NCBI GenBank assembly: GCA_002368795.1 | Contig: DFFG01000003.1 | Location: 1 to 64,000 of the forward strand | Origin: Eubacterium sp. UBA3782 | Lineage (GTDB): Bacteria > Bacillota > Clostridia > Lachnospirales > Lachnospiraceae | Reading direction: 5' to 3' | DNA: 64,000 bases | In this document: piece after piece, positions 48,497 through 57,846 of the stretch | How positions within the stretch are numbered: the stretch's first letter is position 1 | Layout of the letters: every line of letters starts with the position of its first letter | Notes under the pieces: generated by a model | Told to the model about the DNA's origin: nothing | The model's database searches: none | What the model saw: the letters and a program-made list of their open reading frames with translations, nothing else | Translations under genes and position numbers: made by a program

Positions 48497-48904
48497 ATGA
48501 GTAAGTATGTGGAACGGGCAAAGGAGCTTCGCGCGATCGTATCGCCCCATTATAACTGTGCCCAGTCTGTGGTCGTCCCCTTCGCGGCCGCTGCCGGTGT
48601 CCCGGAAGAGACGGCCCTGCGGTTTGCCGACGGCTTTGGCGGCGGAATGCGGCGGGCTTCCGTCTGCGGTGCGGTCACCGGAGGGATCATGGCGCTGGGG
48701 CTGTTTGGTCTGGGTGATCCGAAAACACTGGGGGCCTATCACAGGCGCCTGAAGGAACGTCACGATGGTATGCTGGACTGCGCGGATCTTCTGCGGGTCA
48801 ATGCAGCGGCAGGCAGGGAAAAGAAGCCCCATTGCGATGCTATGGTCTTTGAGTGTGTGGAGCTTGTGGAAGAGATCCTCAGAGAAAACGGAAAGCTGCA
48901 GTAA
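48497..48904 (+). CDS. C_GCAxxG_C_C-family putative redox protein
   Basis: Cysteine spacing YNCAQSV...CGAVTGG...C..C. RBS GGAGGA before the ATG. Confidence 0.5.
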   Translation: MSKYVERAKELRAIVSPHYNCAQSVVVPFAAAAGVPEETALRFADGFGGGMRRASVCGAVTGGIMALGLFGLGDPKTLGAYHRRLKERHDGMLDCADLLRVNAAAGREKKPHCDAMVFECVELVEEILRENGKLQ

Positions 48905-49122
48905 GGCTAAAACACTCTGGAGTATACGGACGCGAAATATACGGATCAAAAACTGCTTGAGTTTTTCACAGACAAATGATATACTCTCTATACTTTCAGG
49001 AAGAACAGACCGCTGTTCTGCGGTCTTCCTGAAAGCCGCGGCAGCATCTGCCGCATCTGCCGGGTTTCCCGGAATCTTTTATCCATTTTTTTATCTCACA
49101 TCAATCATCAGGAGCATGCGCA

Positions 49123-50865
49123 ATGTCAGCCAGGATCGGTCAGATCATCCATGGCCGCTACCGGGTGCTCAGCCAGATCGGAAAGGGCGGTATGTCTGCC
49201 GTTTATCTGGTGCAGGATCTCCGCTCCGGAGAGAAATTTGCCATGAAGGAAATCCTGCAAAATGACAGATATTACAGTCAAAATGCAGCCGCATTGCCGC
49301 AAAATGAAGGAAATTGCCTTGGCTTTGCTGAGGCAGAGCTTCTTTCCGGCCTGGATCATCCGGCTTTTCCCAAAATTCATGAGGTTATCCGGGACGCGGA
49401 AGGCACAGTATTCATCATTCGTGAATATGTGGAGGGAGAGTCGCTCGATCGCCTTCTGAGAAGGGGGCCCTTTTCTCCGGAAGCGGTCCGCCAGTGCGGG
49501 ATCGCCCTGGGCGAAGCCCTGAACTATCTGCACAGCCAGGATCCTCCGGTCATTTATCGGGACATGAAGCCTGCAAACATCATCCGCCGGCCGGATGGGC
49601 AGCTGGTTCTCATTGATCTGGGGATCTCCGGAAGCCGCAGCCTGAATAGGGACGCTGGTGGAAATGCAGGAACACGAGGGTATGCTGCACCCGAGCAGTA
49701 CAGTTCAGGAGGGGAAGACATTTCCTCCGACATTTATGCGCTTGGTATTTCCCTGTTTGAACTGCTTACCGGGATCCCTCCGCGGGAGGATCCGTGGGCA
49801 TACCGGTTTCATCCGATCCGCCGGATACGGCCCGATTGCCCGGAAGAGCTCGAGCGGGTGATCAACCAGTGCATACGCTTCGTACCAGAGGATCGTTATC
49901 CGGACTGCAGCTGTTTGCTTGAGGAACTGCGTGCTGTGCCGGCAATGACGTCAGAAACGACAGGCAGAACCAGGAGGCCCAGGCGATGGCAGAGATGGCC
50001 TTCGAGCATTCGTTTACAGGGGATCATAATTGTCCTGTTGGCGGTCCTTCTGGCTGCTGTTCCGGTTTCTGTTTTGACGGCAAAAGCTTTGGCTGGTGCA
50101 GAGTACCGCCAGCTGATTGCCGGGACAGAGAGCGGCAGCCTGGAGGAGCAGGAAGCGTGCTTTGCGAAAGGATTCCAGAGCGAAATGGCAGATGCTTCTC
50201 TCTATGAGCGATATCTGGACTGGTGTGAGAAAAACGAACGGTTTGGAAGCAGGCAGCTTGCCCTGCTGACCACAAGCTGGGAGAGGGATCAGGGAAAACT
50301 GGAGAGGGACAGCCGATGCGGATCGCTGGGCATGCAGGCCGGCCGGCTCTGCCTGTTTGCTGAAACGGAAGAATGGAGCATGCAGACCCGGGCGGCGGAA
50401 GCGGCAGCCTGGTTTGATCTGGCAGCAGCGAAGGGAGAGGCGGATGCCGGTCTGTACTGCCGCATCTGCAGCTTTTTCCAGAACTATGGAGCCGTTCGTA
50501 CACAGGGACAGAGCCAAGCCCCGGAGGACCTGTCAGCTATGCTGCAGGAGGCACAAGAATGGCTGACAGAAGCAGCCAGAACGCCAGAGCTGAATGATGA
50601 GCAGAAGCTGCTCCTTGCCGGGGAACTTGCCGATCTGGTGAACGTGCATCGGAAGGCGCTGGCAGAGGGAGGGATCTTCAAAGACCAGGTACTCCTCCTG
50701 TATGGGCAGATCAGGGATCTGTACAGCTCTTCTGACAGCGTTGAGGCCAGCAGGAAAGAAGAGTTGGAGATGCGGCTGGACAGGTACATGGACAACCTGG
50801 AAAGAGTCTATGAAAACATGGAAAAGCGAGTGGCAGCAGACAACGAAAGGAGAGTCGGAAAATGA
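49123..50865 (+). CDS. Membrane-spanning Ser/Thr protein kinase with an extracellular helical (non-PASTA) domain. Catalytic-loop YRDMKPAN and DLG are non-canonical.
   Basis: GKGGMSAVY glycine loop, AMKEI Lys, APE motif, and one TM at about residue 300. Confidence 0.75.
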   Translation: MSARIGQIIHGRYRVLSQIGKGGMSAVYLVQDLRSGEKFAMKEILQNDRYYSQNAAALPQNEGNCLGFAEAELLSGLDHPAFPKIHEVIRDAEGTVFIIREYVEGESLDRLLRRGPFSPEAVRQCGIALGEALNYLHSQDPPVIYRDMKPANIIRRPDGQLVLIDLGISGSRSLNRDAGGNAGTRGYAAPEQYSSGGEDISSDIYALGISLFELLTGIPPREDPWAYRFHPIRRIRPDCPEELERVINQCIRFVPEDRYPDCSCLLEELRAVPAMTSETTGRTRRPRRWQRWPSSIRLQGIIIVLLAVLLAAVPVSVLTAKALAGAEYRQLIAGTESGSLEEQEACFAKGFQSEMADASLYERYLDWCEKNERFGSRQLALLTTSWERDQGKLERDSRCGSLGMQAGRLCLFAETEEWSMQTRAAEAAAWFDLAAAKGEADAGLYCRICSFFQNYGAVRTQGQSQAPEDLSAMLQEAQEWLTEAARTPELNDEQKLLLAGELADLVNVHRKALAEGGIFKDQVLLLYGQIRDLYSSSDSVEASRKEELEMRLDRYMDNLERVYENMEKRVAADNERRVGK

Positions 50866-53297
50866 GAGAACAGGAACTGAACAAACGCATCTGCAGGACC
50901 AGACAGAGAATCAGGATCGTATCCGCAGGCATTCTGGCAGTACTTCTCTTGGGCCAGGCGCTGTACCGGCCGGTATATGCCGGGGAAGATGCCAGGAAAC
51001 AGAAAAGCAATGCGGCACAACAGGAGGCGGGATCGTCAACGGCAGAACTCCCGGATGATAAAAAAGAGACAGAAGAGCAGCTTCCGGTCCGCATCGTGCT
51101 CCGTCCGGTAAAAACAGAGGGAGAGGCAGATCCCGATCTTACCGGAGAGATCAAAAAGCAGGTGCAGGCTGCCATTGATGCCGGAACCAAGGATAAGGAT
51201 ATTCCGGAAAAGAATGCGGAGCCCGCACCTGCTGTTGGAGGAGAAAAAGCAGAGCAAGTTGAAACGTCAGAAAGGCTGCAGTCCAAAGAGGCTGAAATCT
51301 CCTGGCAGGAAACGAAAGAAACGCAAACGCCAGAGCCTGAAACTGAAGCGCCGGGATCAGAAGAGACGGATACGCCAGACGCAGAAGCGAAAGTGACAGA
51401 AACAGAAAAGACAGAAACACCGGAGACAGAAACAGAAGAGGCAGATACCACGGGGACCGGATCAGAAGGAACAAAAACAACGGATACGGAAGGGCTGGAA
51501 ACGGAAGGAACAGAAGAGACAGAAACCGAACCTGCAGAAGAGGAGATTTCTCTGCAGGAGTGGATCTGCAGCCTGATCAGCTGGAGCTATACATACGATG
51601 ACCAGGTAGAAGCGCCGGGATACAGCAGGCCGGCAGGCACCTCGCCCATCCTTCTTCAGTTCAAGGAAGATCTCCGCATCCGCTTTAATCCAGATGACGG
51701 GGAGGACAGCCAGAGCTTTCTGACCACCTTGCCTCGTGAAAATGGCGGAAATGATGAAGAAAACCAGCCGCAGGATGGTGAGAAACCATCGGGCGGAAAC
51801 AATGGCGGCAGTGATGGAAAAGAAGATGGCGGCCATGAGAATCCGGATAAGACCGGCGGACACGAAAGTGGGGAACAAAACGATAAAAATACGGAAGATA
51901 GTAACAAGAGTGGAGATAACAACACTGATAATGATGAGAATAATGACAGTAATGGAGACAAAACCCAAAATAATCAGGAAACTGGTCAGGGTTCAGGGAC
52001 ATTTTATGATCTAAGTGGAGGGGAATCCCAATCTGGTCCGGGAAGTATGAGTGGGGAAGATCCGTCCGGTGAGGGCGGCGAGGAAGGAGGAGCTCCGGAG
52101 ACTTCTGGCGAAACGGGGCCTGGACTGGATGAACAGCGTCTGCTGGAGGAAACCATCATCGATGGCGTCGAGGATGGACATTCCTATACCGGAGATGTAC
52201 AGCCGCAGGTCACGCTGTCAGAGGGAGGATATGCCAGTGCCGATGTCACATTGCGCCGCTCACGCATGGGTGAAGTGGAGGATGTGACGGGTAGTCTGGT
52301 ACTGACAGGAGAAAGCAGCGGACAAAAGGCGCAGGCCGAAGCACTAACCGCTGTTCCGGAAAATGACGGTCTGTACACTCTGGAGGTTACCTATCGGGAC
52401 GATTCCGGCAACGAGGTAAAAAAAGAAGTTTCTTTTACAGTCAACCGCTTTGGTTCCGTCTATGCGTACAACGATGCACTCCAGAACATCAAAGATGCCT
52501 GGGTCCGAAGCGTGACCGAGCCCCTGATTATATCGGAATACAATCCGGATCCGCTTCTGGAGGACTCACTGGAGATAGAGATCACCCGTGATGGCGTTCC
52601 GCTGAAAAATGTCCGGTATTCTGCAGAACAGGCAGAACGCTCTTCGGAGGGCAGGACCGGCGGATGGTATCGGTATGATTACACGATCGATCCGGCAAAT
52701 TTCCGTAAGGACGGTACCTACCGGATCTCCGTTTCTTCAAAGGATGCCGCAGGAAACCGTCCAGACTCCATCAGCAGCGAAAGCGGAGAGATCCTCTTTC
52801 GGGTGGATTCTGCCGCCCCGACGATCCGGAGCATTTCCGGCCTGGAGATGCCCTTTGTGCGGGCAGAAAGCCAGAAGGTGCGTTTTATCGTCCGCGACAA
52901 TATGGGCCTGGCCTCCGTGACGGTCTGGCTGGATGATGCGATCCTGCTTCAGGTGACGAGCTTTGAAGATCCAGGCAGCTATCATGGCGAATTTACGATC
53001 GATGAAGGAACGGAACATCATGTACGGATCATCGCATGTGATCTGGCTGGAAATATACTGGATACAGACCGCAGGGACAGAGACGGCAGGTACCTGTTTG
53101 CTCCCATATCACCCTTTGTGCGGGAGATTACGGTATCGGATAATCTTCTGGCGTTCTTCATCCAGACAGGCCAGGGGCGGCTGATCTTTGCCGCAGCCGG
53201 GATAATCATGTCTTTGGCGGCTTTGCTGATCTTCCTGGGGATCCGGGCATGGAGAACGGGCAGATACCGGGAGGAACCAACAAGATGGCTGCGCTAA
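50862..53297 (+). CDS. Cell-surface protein of 811 aa. It has an N-terminal signal-anchor, a Thr/Glu-rich acidic repeat region, an Asn/Asp/Gly-rich low-complexity region, beta-rich Ig-like domains and a C-terminal TM.
   Basis: Start overlaps the kinase stop (ATGA). RBS GGAGAG. Hydrophobic segments sit at both ends. Confidence 0.6.
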   Translation: MREQELNKRICRTRQRIRIVSAGILAVLLLGQALYRPVYAGEDARKQKSNAAQQEAGSSTAELPDDKKETEEQLPVRIVLRPVKTEGEADPDLTGEIKKQVQAAIDAGTKDKDIPEKNAEPAPAVGGEKAEQVETSERLQSKEAEISWQETKETQTPEPETEAPGSEETDTPDAEAKVTETEKTETPETETEEADTTGTGSEGTKTTDTEGLETEGTEETETEPAEEEISLQEWICSLISWSYTYDDQVEAPGYSRPAGTSPILLQFKEDLRIRFNPDDGEDSQSFLTTLPRENGGNDEENQPQDGEKPSGGNNGGSDGKEDGGHENPDKTGGHESGEQNDKNTEDSNKSGDNNTDNDENNDSNGDKTQNNQETGQGSGTFYDLSGGESQSGPGSMSGEDPSGEGGEEGGAPETSGETGPGLDEQRLLEETIIDGVEDGHSYTGDVQPQVTLSEGGYASADVTLRRSRMGEVEDVTGSLVLTGESSGQKAQAEALTAVPENDGLYTLEVTYRDDSGNEVKKEVSFTVNRFGSVYAYNDALQNIKDAWVRSVTEPLIISEYNPDPLLEDSLEIEITRDGVPLKNVRYSAEQAERSSEGRTGGWYRYDYTIDPANFRKDGTYRISVSSKDAAGNRPDSISSESGEILFRVDSAAPTIRSISGLEMPFVRAESQKVRFIVRDNMGLASVTVWLDDAILLQVTSFEDPGSYHGEFTIDEGTEHHVRIIACDLAGNILDTDRRDRDGRYLFAPISPFVREITVSDNLLAFFIQTGQGRLIFAAAGIIMSLAALLIFLGIRAWRTGRYREEPTRWLR

Positions 53298-53405
53298 GGC
53301 AGCACCGGCAATACTTCTTGAGCAAAAACTCTTTCAACAGGTTTTACTGGGATAAGAAATCCATGGAAAAAGGAAGAAAAGCCGGAAGAATCCTCTTGGG
53401 TGTGG

Positions 53406-53434
53406 TTGACAAAGAAAGGGAATACCGGTATACT
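53406..53434 (+). promoter_or_regulatory. Sigma-70 promoter for trxB (TTGACA, 17 nt, TATACT)
   Basis: Consensus hexamers about 48 nt upstream of the start. Confidence 0.45.
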
Positions 53435-53481
53435 TTGTATAGATTGTACAAAATCAAATTTTCCACAACCAGGAGGTCGCG

Positions 53482-54396
53482 ATGGCTGGAGTACAGAGTG
53501 TTGATATTTTGATCATTGGCGGCGGAACAGCAGGTTTGACCGCGGCTATTTATGCAGTTCGTGCTGGAAAGAGCGCGCTGATCCTTGAAGCAAAGGCTTA
53601 TGGCGGCCAGATCGTCAATACGCCGGATATCGAGAATTATCCCGGCATGGCGCATGTGTCCGGTTTTGATTTTGCCACCGGCCTCTATGAGCAGGCGATC
53701 GGTCTTGGTGCAAAGCTGAAATACGAGAAGGCCCTGTCCATCGAGGATAACGGCAAAACAAAGCTGGTAAAAACCAGAAGACATACCTATGAGTGCAAGG
53801 CAGTTATCCTGGCAACAGGGGCCAAGAACCGTACCCTTGGTCTGGACCGGGAAGAGCAGTTCACCGGAAGCGGAGTTTCCTACTGCGCAACATGTGACGG
53901 TTCCTTCTTCAAGGGAAAGACAGTCGCGGTAAACGGCGGCGGAAACACGGCCATCGAGGATGCGCTCTATCTGTCAGATATCTGCGAGAAGGTTTATGTG
54001 ATCCACAGAAGAGATGAATTCCGCGGAGATGCTGCCGATGTGGAGAAGATGCGCGCCAGAGACAACATCGAATTCATTCTGAATGCAAACGTTACAGCCT
54101 TGATTGGCGACCAGAAGGTGGAAGCTATCGAGGTTACGGACAAGAATACCGGCGAGAAGAGAGAAGTAAAGGTCGACGGTCTGTTTATCGCGGTCGGTCA
54201 GGTTCCTGATAATATCGCCTTTGAAAATGTGGTCGAGCTTTCCTCCGGTTATATCGCAGCCGGCGAAGACTGCAAAACCGCTACACCGGGCATATTCACC
54301 GCCGGTGACTGCCGGACGAAGAATGTCCGTCAGCTCACGACAGCCGCTGCAGATGGCGCTGTGGCAGCCCTTGCCGCTTGCGCATACATCAAATAA
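53482..54396 (+). CDS. trxB: Thioredoxin-disulfide reductase
   Basis: FAD motif ILIIGGGTAGLTAA and redox centre CATCDG. Confidence 0.9.
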   Translation: MAGVQSVDILIIGGGTAGLTAAIYAVRAGKSALILEAKAYGGQIVNTPDIENYPGMAHVSGFDFATGLYEQAIGLGAKLKYEKALSIEDNGKTKLVKTRRHTYECKAVILATGAKNRTLGLDREEQFTGSGVSYCATCDGSFFKGKTVAVNGGGNTAIEDALYLSDICEKVYVIHRRDEFRGDAADVEKMRARDNIEFILNANVTALIGDQKVEAIEVTDKNTGEKREVKVDGLFIAVGQVPDNIAFENVVELSSGYIAAGEDCKTATPGIFTAGDCRTKNVRQLTTAAADGAVAALAACAYIK

Positions 54397-54428
54397 GAGC
54401 TGAAAAAAATCAAACACAAAGAAAAAGA

Positions 54429-54506
54429 CTGCCGCACCAGGCAAGACCATGCAGGATCGTAAAAAGGGATCCACGCAAAAGCTGTCTGGTGCGGCAGCCT
54501 TTTTTG
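54429..54506 (+). terminator. trxB terminator. Stem CTGCCGCACCAG/CTGGTGCGGCAG plus CCTTTTTT, with an unusually long 44-nt loop holding an internal GGATC..GATCC hairpin.
   Basis: 12-bp perfect stem followed by a T6 run. Confidence 0.55.
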
Positions 54507-54548
54507 TGAGCGATAAAACAAAAATTGTTGGCAGCCTTGAAAGCACAA

Positions 54549-54623
54549 GCCCCGGAAGACATTTAAGCAAACAATCTGCAGGCCTGATAAGGCCGAAGCC
54601 GTTTGCGTAATGCCTTACGGGGC
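54549..54623. repeat. R1 element, copy 3 (outer stem GCCCCGGAAG/CTTACGGGGC)
   Basis: Core ACATTTAAGCAAACAATCTGCAGGCC..GGCCGAAGCCGTTTGCGTAATGCC. Confidence 0.7.
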
Positions 54624-54629
54624 ATATTG

Positions 54630-55313
54630 TTATGCTTCTTCCGAGGCGGCAGAGACGAGGATGATCTCCCCATCGGCCACTCGGAACCGGATCTCCAGCC
54701 CGGCGTACCGCATGCCATATATGCGTTTGGGGTCATCCTGATAGGATGGCCGGGGGTCCTGGGTCAGAATCTCCAGAAGGGCAGCTCGCTTTTCTTCCGG
54801 TACCGTCAGCATACATTCCTTCTTATCCACCACCTGGAGCGGCTTTTTTCTGGAGCGGGCGGTGAAGCCTGCCAGAGCCTCCGGATGGCTGTCTGCGTAA
54901 GGAATATAAGGTTTGATATCGTAGATCGGTGTTCCATCCATGAGATCAGCACCGACGACAGTCAGAACGGGTCCTTCGGGACGAAGCTCGACAGAGCGCA
55001 GGCGGACACAGGAAAGTCCGAGATGGTTTGGCCGGAAGGGAGAGCGGGTGGCAAATACGCCTACCCGCTCATTTCCTCCAAGCACCGGCGGCCGGACCGT
55101 TGGGTGCCAGGCCTTGTCTGCATTCGCCGAGAACTGCCAGATCAGCCAGATGTGGGAAAATTCTTCCAGGCCTCTGACGGCTTCGGCGGATGCATATGCC
55201 GGCTCAAACCGGATCTCCGAGACCGTTTCCGCCAGTCCGCTCTGCCGGGGGATCCCGAACTTGTCGGGAAAATCTGAGTGGATATAGGCGATCGGCTGCA
55301 GTTCCATGGTCAT
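54630..55313 (-). CDS. tsaA: tRNA (adenine37-N6)-methyltransferase, TsaA/YaeB family
   Basis: IAYIHSDFPDKFGIPRQ...VFATRSPFRPN signature. Confidence 0.8.
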   Translation of the reverse strand: MTMELQPIAYIHSDFPDKFGIPRQSGLAETVSEIRFEPAYASAEAVRGLEEFSHIWLIWQFSANADKAWHPTVRPPVLGGNERVGVFATRSPFRPNHLGLSCVRLRSVELRPEGPVLTVVGADLMDGTPIYDIKPYIPYADSHPEALAGFTARSRKKPLQVVDKKECMLTVPEEKRAALLEILTQDPRPSYQDDPKRIYGMRYAGLEIRFRVADGEIILVSAASEEA

Positions 55314-57676
55314 CCTTTCTGTTCTGTTCCGGCAGGAGCTGCCGCAAACAGGTTGGTATTCATCGCCGGAAGCTCGATTCCCAGTGCATGGCGGATCACA
55401 TCATTGACGGTATCCACCGGGACGATCTCCAGCGTCTTTTTCACTTCATCCGGCACATCGGTCAGATCTCTCTGGTTCTCTCTGGGGATCAGCACCTTCT
55501 TTACGCCGGCCCGCTGAGCAGCCATCAGTTTTTCCGGAAGGCCGCCGATGGGCAGTACGTTTCCTCTCAGCGAGATCTCACCGGTCATGGCGAGGTCAGG
55601 TGCCACGCTCTTTCCGGTCACCAGGGAGACCAGGGCTGTAAACATGGTCACACCAGCGGAGGGCCCGTCCTTGGGAACAGCGCCGGAGGGGACGTGGATG
55701 TGGATATCCTTGTCCTTGAAATCCAGCTTGTCCGAGATAAACAGGGATCTTACCAGACTGGATGCAATCTCTGCTGATTCCTTCATAACATCGCCCAGCT
55801 GGCCGGTCAGCAGCACATGGCCGCTGCCGTGCATGGCAGTGGATTCGATAAACAGGATCTCACCGCCGGCCTGGGTCCAGGCGAGACCTGTGACGACCCC
55901 TGGCGGGTTGCTCTTCTGGATGCGGTCATGGATGATACCCTTGTTTCCGAGCATCTCCGGGACTTCCTTGCCGGTGACTGTGACCGGGTGATGGCCGTTT
56001 TCAACAAAATCTGCTGCCACATGCCGGCACAGGCGGTCGAGCTGCTTTTTCAGTCCGCGGACGCCAGCCTCCATGGTGTACTCGCTGACGATCCTCCGGA
56101 TCGCTCCGTCGGTCACCTTCAGTTCACCCTTCTGCAGGCCGGTATCCCGCATGGCTGCAGGGAGCAGATGCTTCCTGGCGATGTGGACCTTGTCGACTGG
56201 TGTGTAGCCGGAGAGCTGGATCACCTCCATACGGTCAAGCAGCGGCTGCGGAATCGTATCGGTCGTGTTTGCCGTGCAGATAAACAGGACGTTGGACAGA
56301 TCGTAGGGGATGTTCATGTAATGATCCGTAAAGGTATTGTTCTGTTCCGGATCCAGGACCTCCAGCAGGGCGCTGGAAGGATCGCCGGAAAAGCCGCCGG
56401 CCATCAGCTTGTCCACCTCATCCAGGACGACGACCGGGTTCATGGAGCCGGAGCGTTTGATTCCGTCCATGATGCGGCCGGGCATGGCGCCCACATAGGT
56501 CCGGCGGTGACCGCGGATCTCAGCCTCGTCACGTACACCGCCCAGGCTGATCCGCACATATTTGCGGTCCAGTGCGTCCGCGATGCTGTGTCCCATACTG
56601 GTCTTGCCCGTGCCGGGCGCACCGACAAACAGCAGGATCGAGCCGGCCTGCTCGTTTTTCAGCGTCATAACGGCGATATGCTCCAGGATACGTTCCTTGA
56701 CTTTGTCCAGGCCATAGTGATCCCGGTTCAGGATACGGCGTGCCTTCTTCAGGTCAGCCGGCTTTGTGTCATCGATCCGCCATTTCAGCGCAGTCACGAA
56801 ATCCAGATAATTCTCCATCGTGCTCCGCTCAGGGTCATTTGGCTGGGCGTCAAGATAGCGTTTCAGGACCCGGTCGACCTCTTTGCGGGCTTCCTCGGGC
56901 ATGCCGCTGGCTTCAATCTTGGACTGGTAGTCGTCTTCCTCCTGTTTTCCCTCCGGATCCATCGCATCCAGCTCATCCTGCAGCAGGCCGATCTGCTTGC
57001 GGATCGCGGCCTTCTTATAGCTGTTTCCTTCGGTCTCGTTGTACCGGGTGTTGAGGTCCTCCTGCATGCGGATCGTTCCCTGGAAGCGCATGAGAGCATC
57101 CTTGATCATCAGGCCCCTCTCGCGGAGCGAGTCAGTTTCAAGCAGCTGATATTTTTCCTCCAGCGTCATATCGATGAAGGGGCAGAACATAGCGCCAAAC
57201 TCGTTGATGGAGCTGCAGCGCTGGATATAGGTCAGCGCAAGCTCGGCACCCTGGAAATGCTTGGTCAGTTCGGTGATGGTCTTTTTCAGGCTGTCCAGAA
57301 GCTCTTTCTCACCCTTCTCGGTAATGTCGGAGACTTCATCTCTGGTATAGAACCTGCCCTCAAGGATCGAGTCAAAGAGGGAGACATCTGCAATCTGGAC
57401 CTTTTCTCTGGTCTGGCAGTGTACCCTTGTGCCTGCGTGTGTTTTCTGAATGCTGACGATATCCGCCAGGACGCCGGCGCCGAAAAAGCTGTCGACATTC
57501 ACTTCCCCCCTGGTGACTGGTGCCTTCAGCGGAAGCAGCACGGCCTTGTTGCCGTCTATTTTGAGCCGGCTCAGCTCTTCGGATTCAAAGGGCTCTGTGC
57601 CAAGCTGGTAATCCACATCCGGAAGGATCACTGTGTCATATACCGGGATGATCATATACGTTTTTAAATTATCCAT
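55310..57676 (-). CDS. lon: ATP-dependent Lon protease (endopeptidase La)
   Basis: Walker A GAPGTGKTS and catalytic DGPSAG. Start chosen at MDNLKTYMIIPVYD with GGGAGG. The stop overlaps the tsaA start (ATGA). Confidence 0.85.
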   Translation of the reverse strand: MDNLKTYMIIPVYDTVILPDVDYQLGTEPFESEELSRLKIDGNKAVLLPLKAPVTRGEVNVDSFFGAGVLADIVSIQKTHAGTRVHCQTREKVQIADVSLFDSILEGRFYTRDEVSDITEKGEKELLDSLKKTITELTKHFQGAELALTYIQRCSSINEFGAMFCPFIDMTLEEKYQLLETDSLRERGLMIKDALMRFQGTIRMQEDLNTRYNETEGNSYKKAAIRKQIGLLQDELDAMDPEGKQEEDDYQSKIEASGMPEEARKEVDRVLKRYLDAQPNDPERSTMENYLDFVTALKWRIDDTKPADLKKARRILNRDHYGLDKVKERILEHIAVMTLKNEQAGSILLFVGAPGTGKTSMGHSIADALDRKYVRISLGGVRDEAEIRGHRRTYVGAMPGRIMDGIKRSGSMNPVVVLDEVDKLMAGGFSGDPSSALLEVLDPEQNNTFTDHYMNIPYDLSNVLFICTANTTDTIPQPLLDRMEVIQLSGYTPVDKVHIARKHLLPAAMRDTGLQKGELKVTDGAIRRIVSEYTMEAGVRGLKKQLDRLCRHVAADFVENGHHPVTVTGKEVPEMLGNKGIIHDRIQKSNPPGVVTGLAWTQAGGEILFIESTAMHGSGHVLLTGQLGDVMKESAEIASSLVRSLFISDKLDFKDKDIHIHVPSGAVPKDGPSAGVTMFTALVSLVTGKSVAPDLAMTGEISLRGNVLPIGGLPEKLMAAQRAGVKKVLIPRENQRDLTDVPDEVKKTLEIVPVDTVNDVIRHALGIELPAMNTNLFAAAPAGTEQKG

Positions 57677-57846
57677 AATACCTCCCGAACAGGGACCAGA
57701 TCCGTGATCCCTGTAAAAAACAATGGTTGTCAGATCAAGCTTATCAGCACTCACAAAATCCGAGTGCTAATTAGCTTGTACACAAAGTATATGAGCATTT
57801 CCCACAAATGTCAAGAGGGGCAGAGATTAATTCGGGCAAAGAAAAA

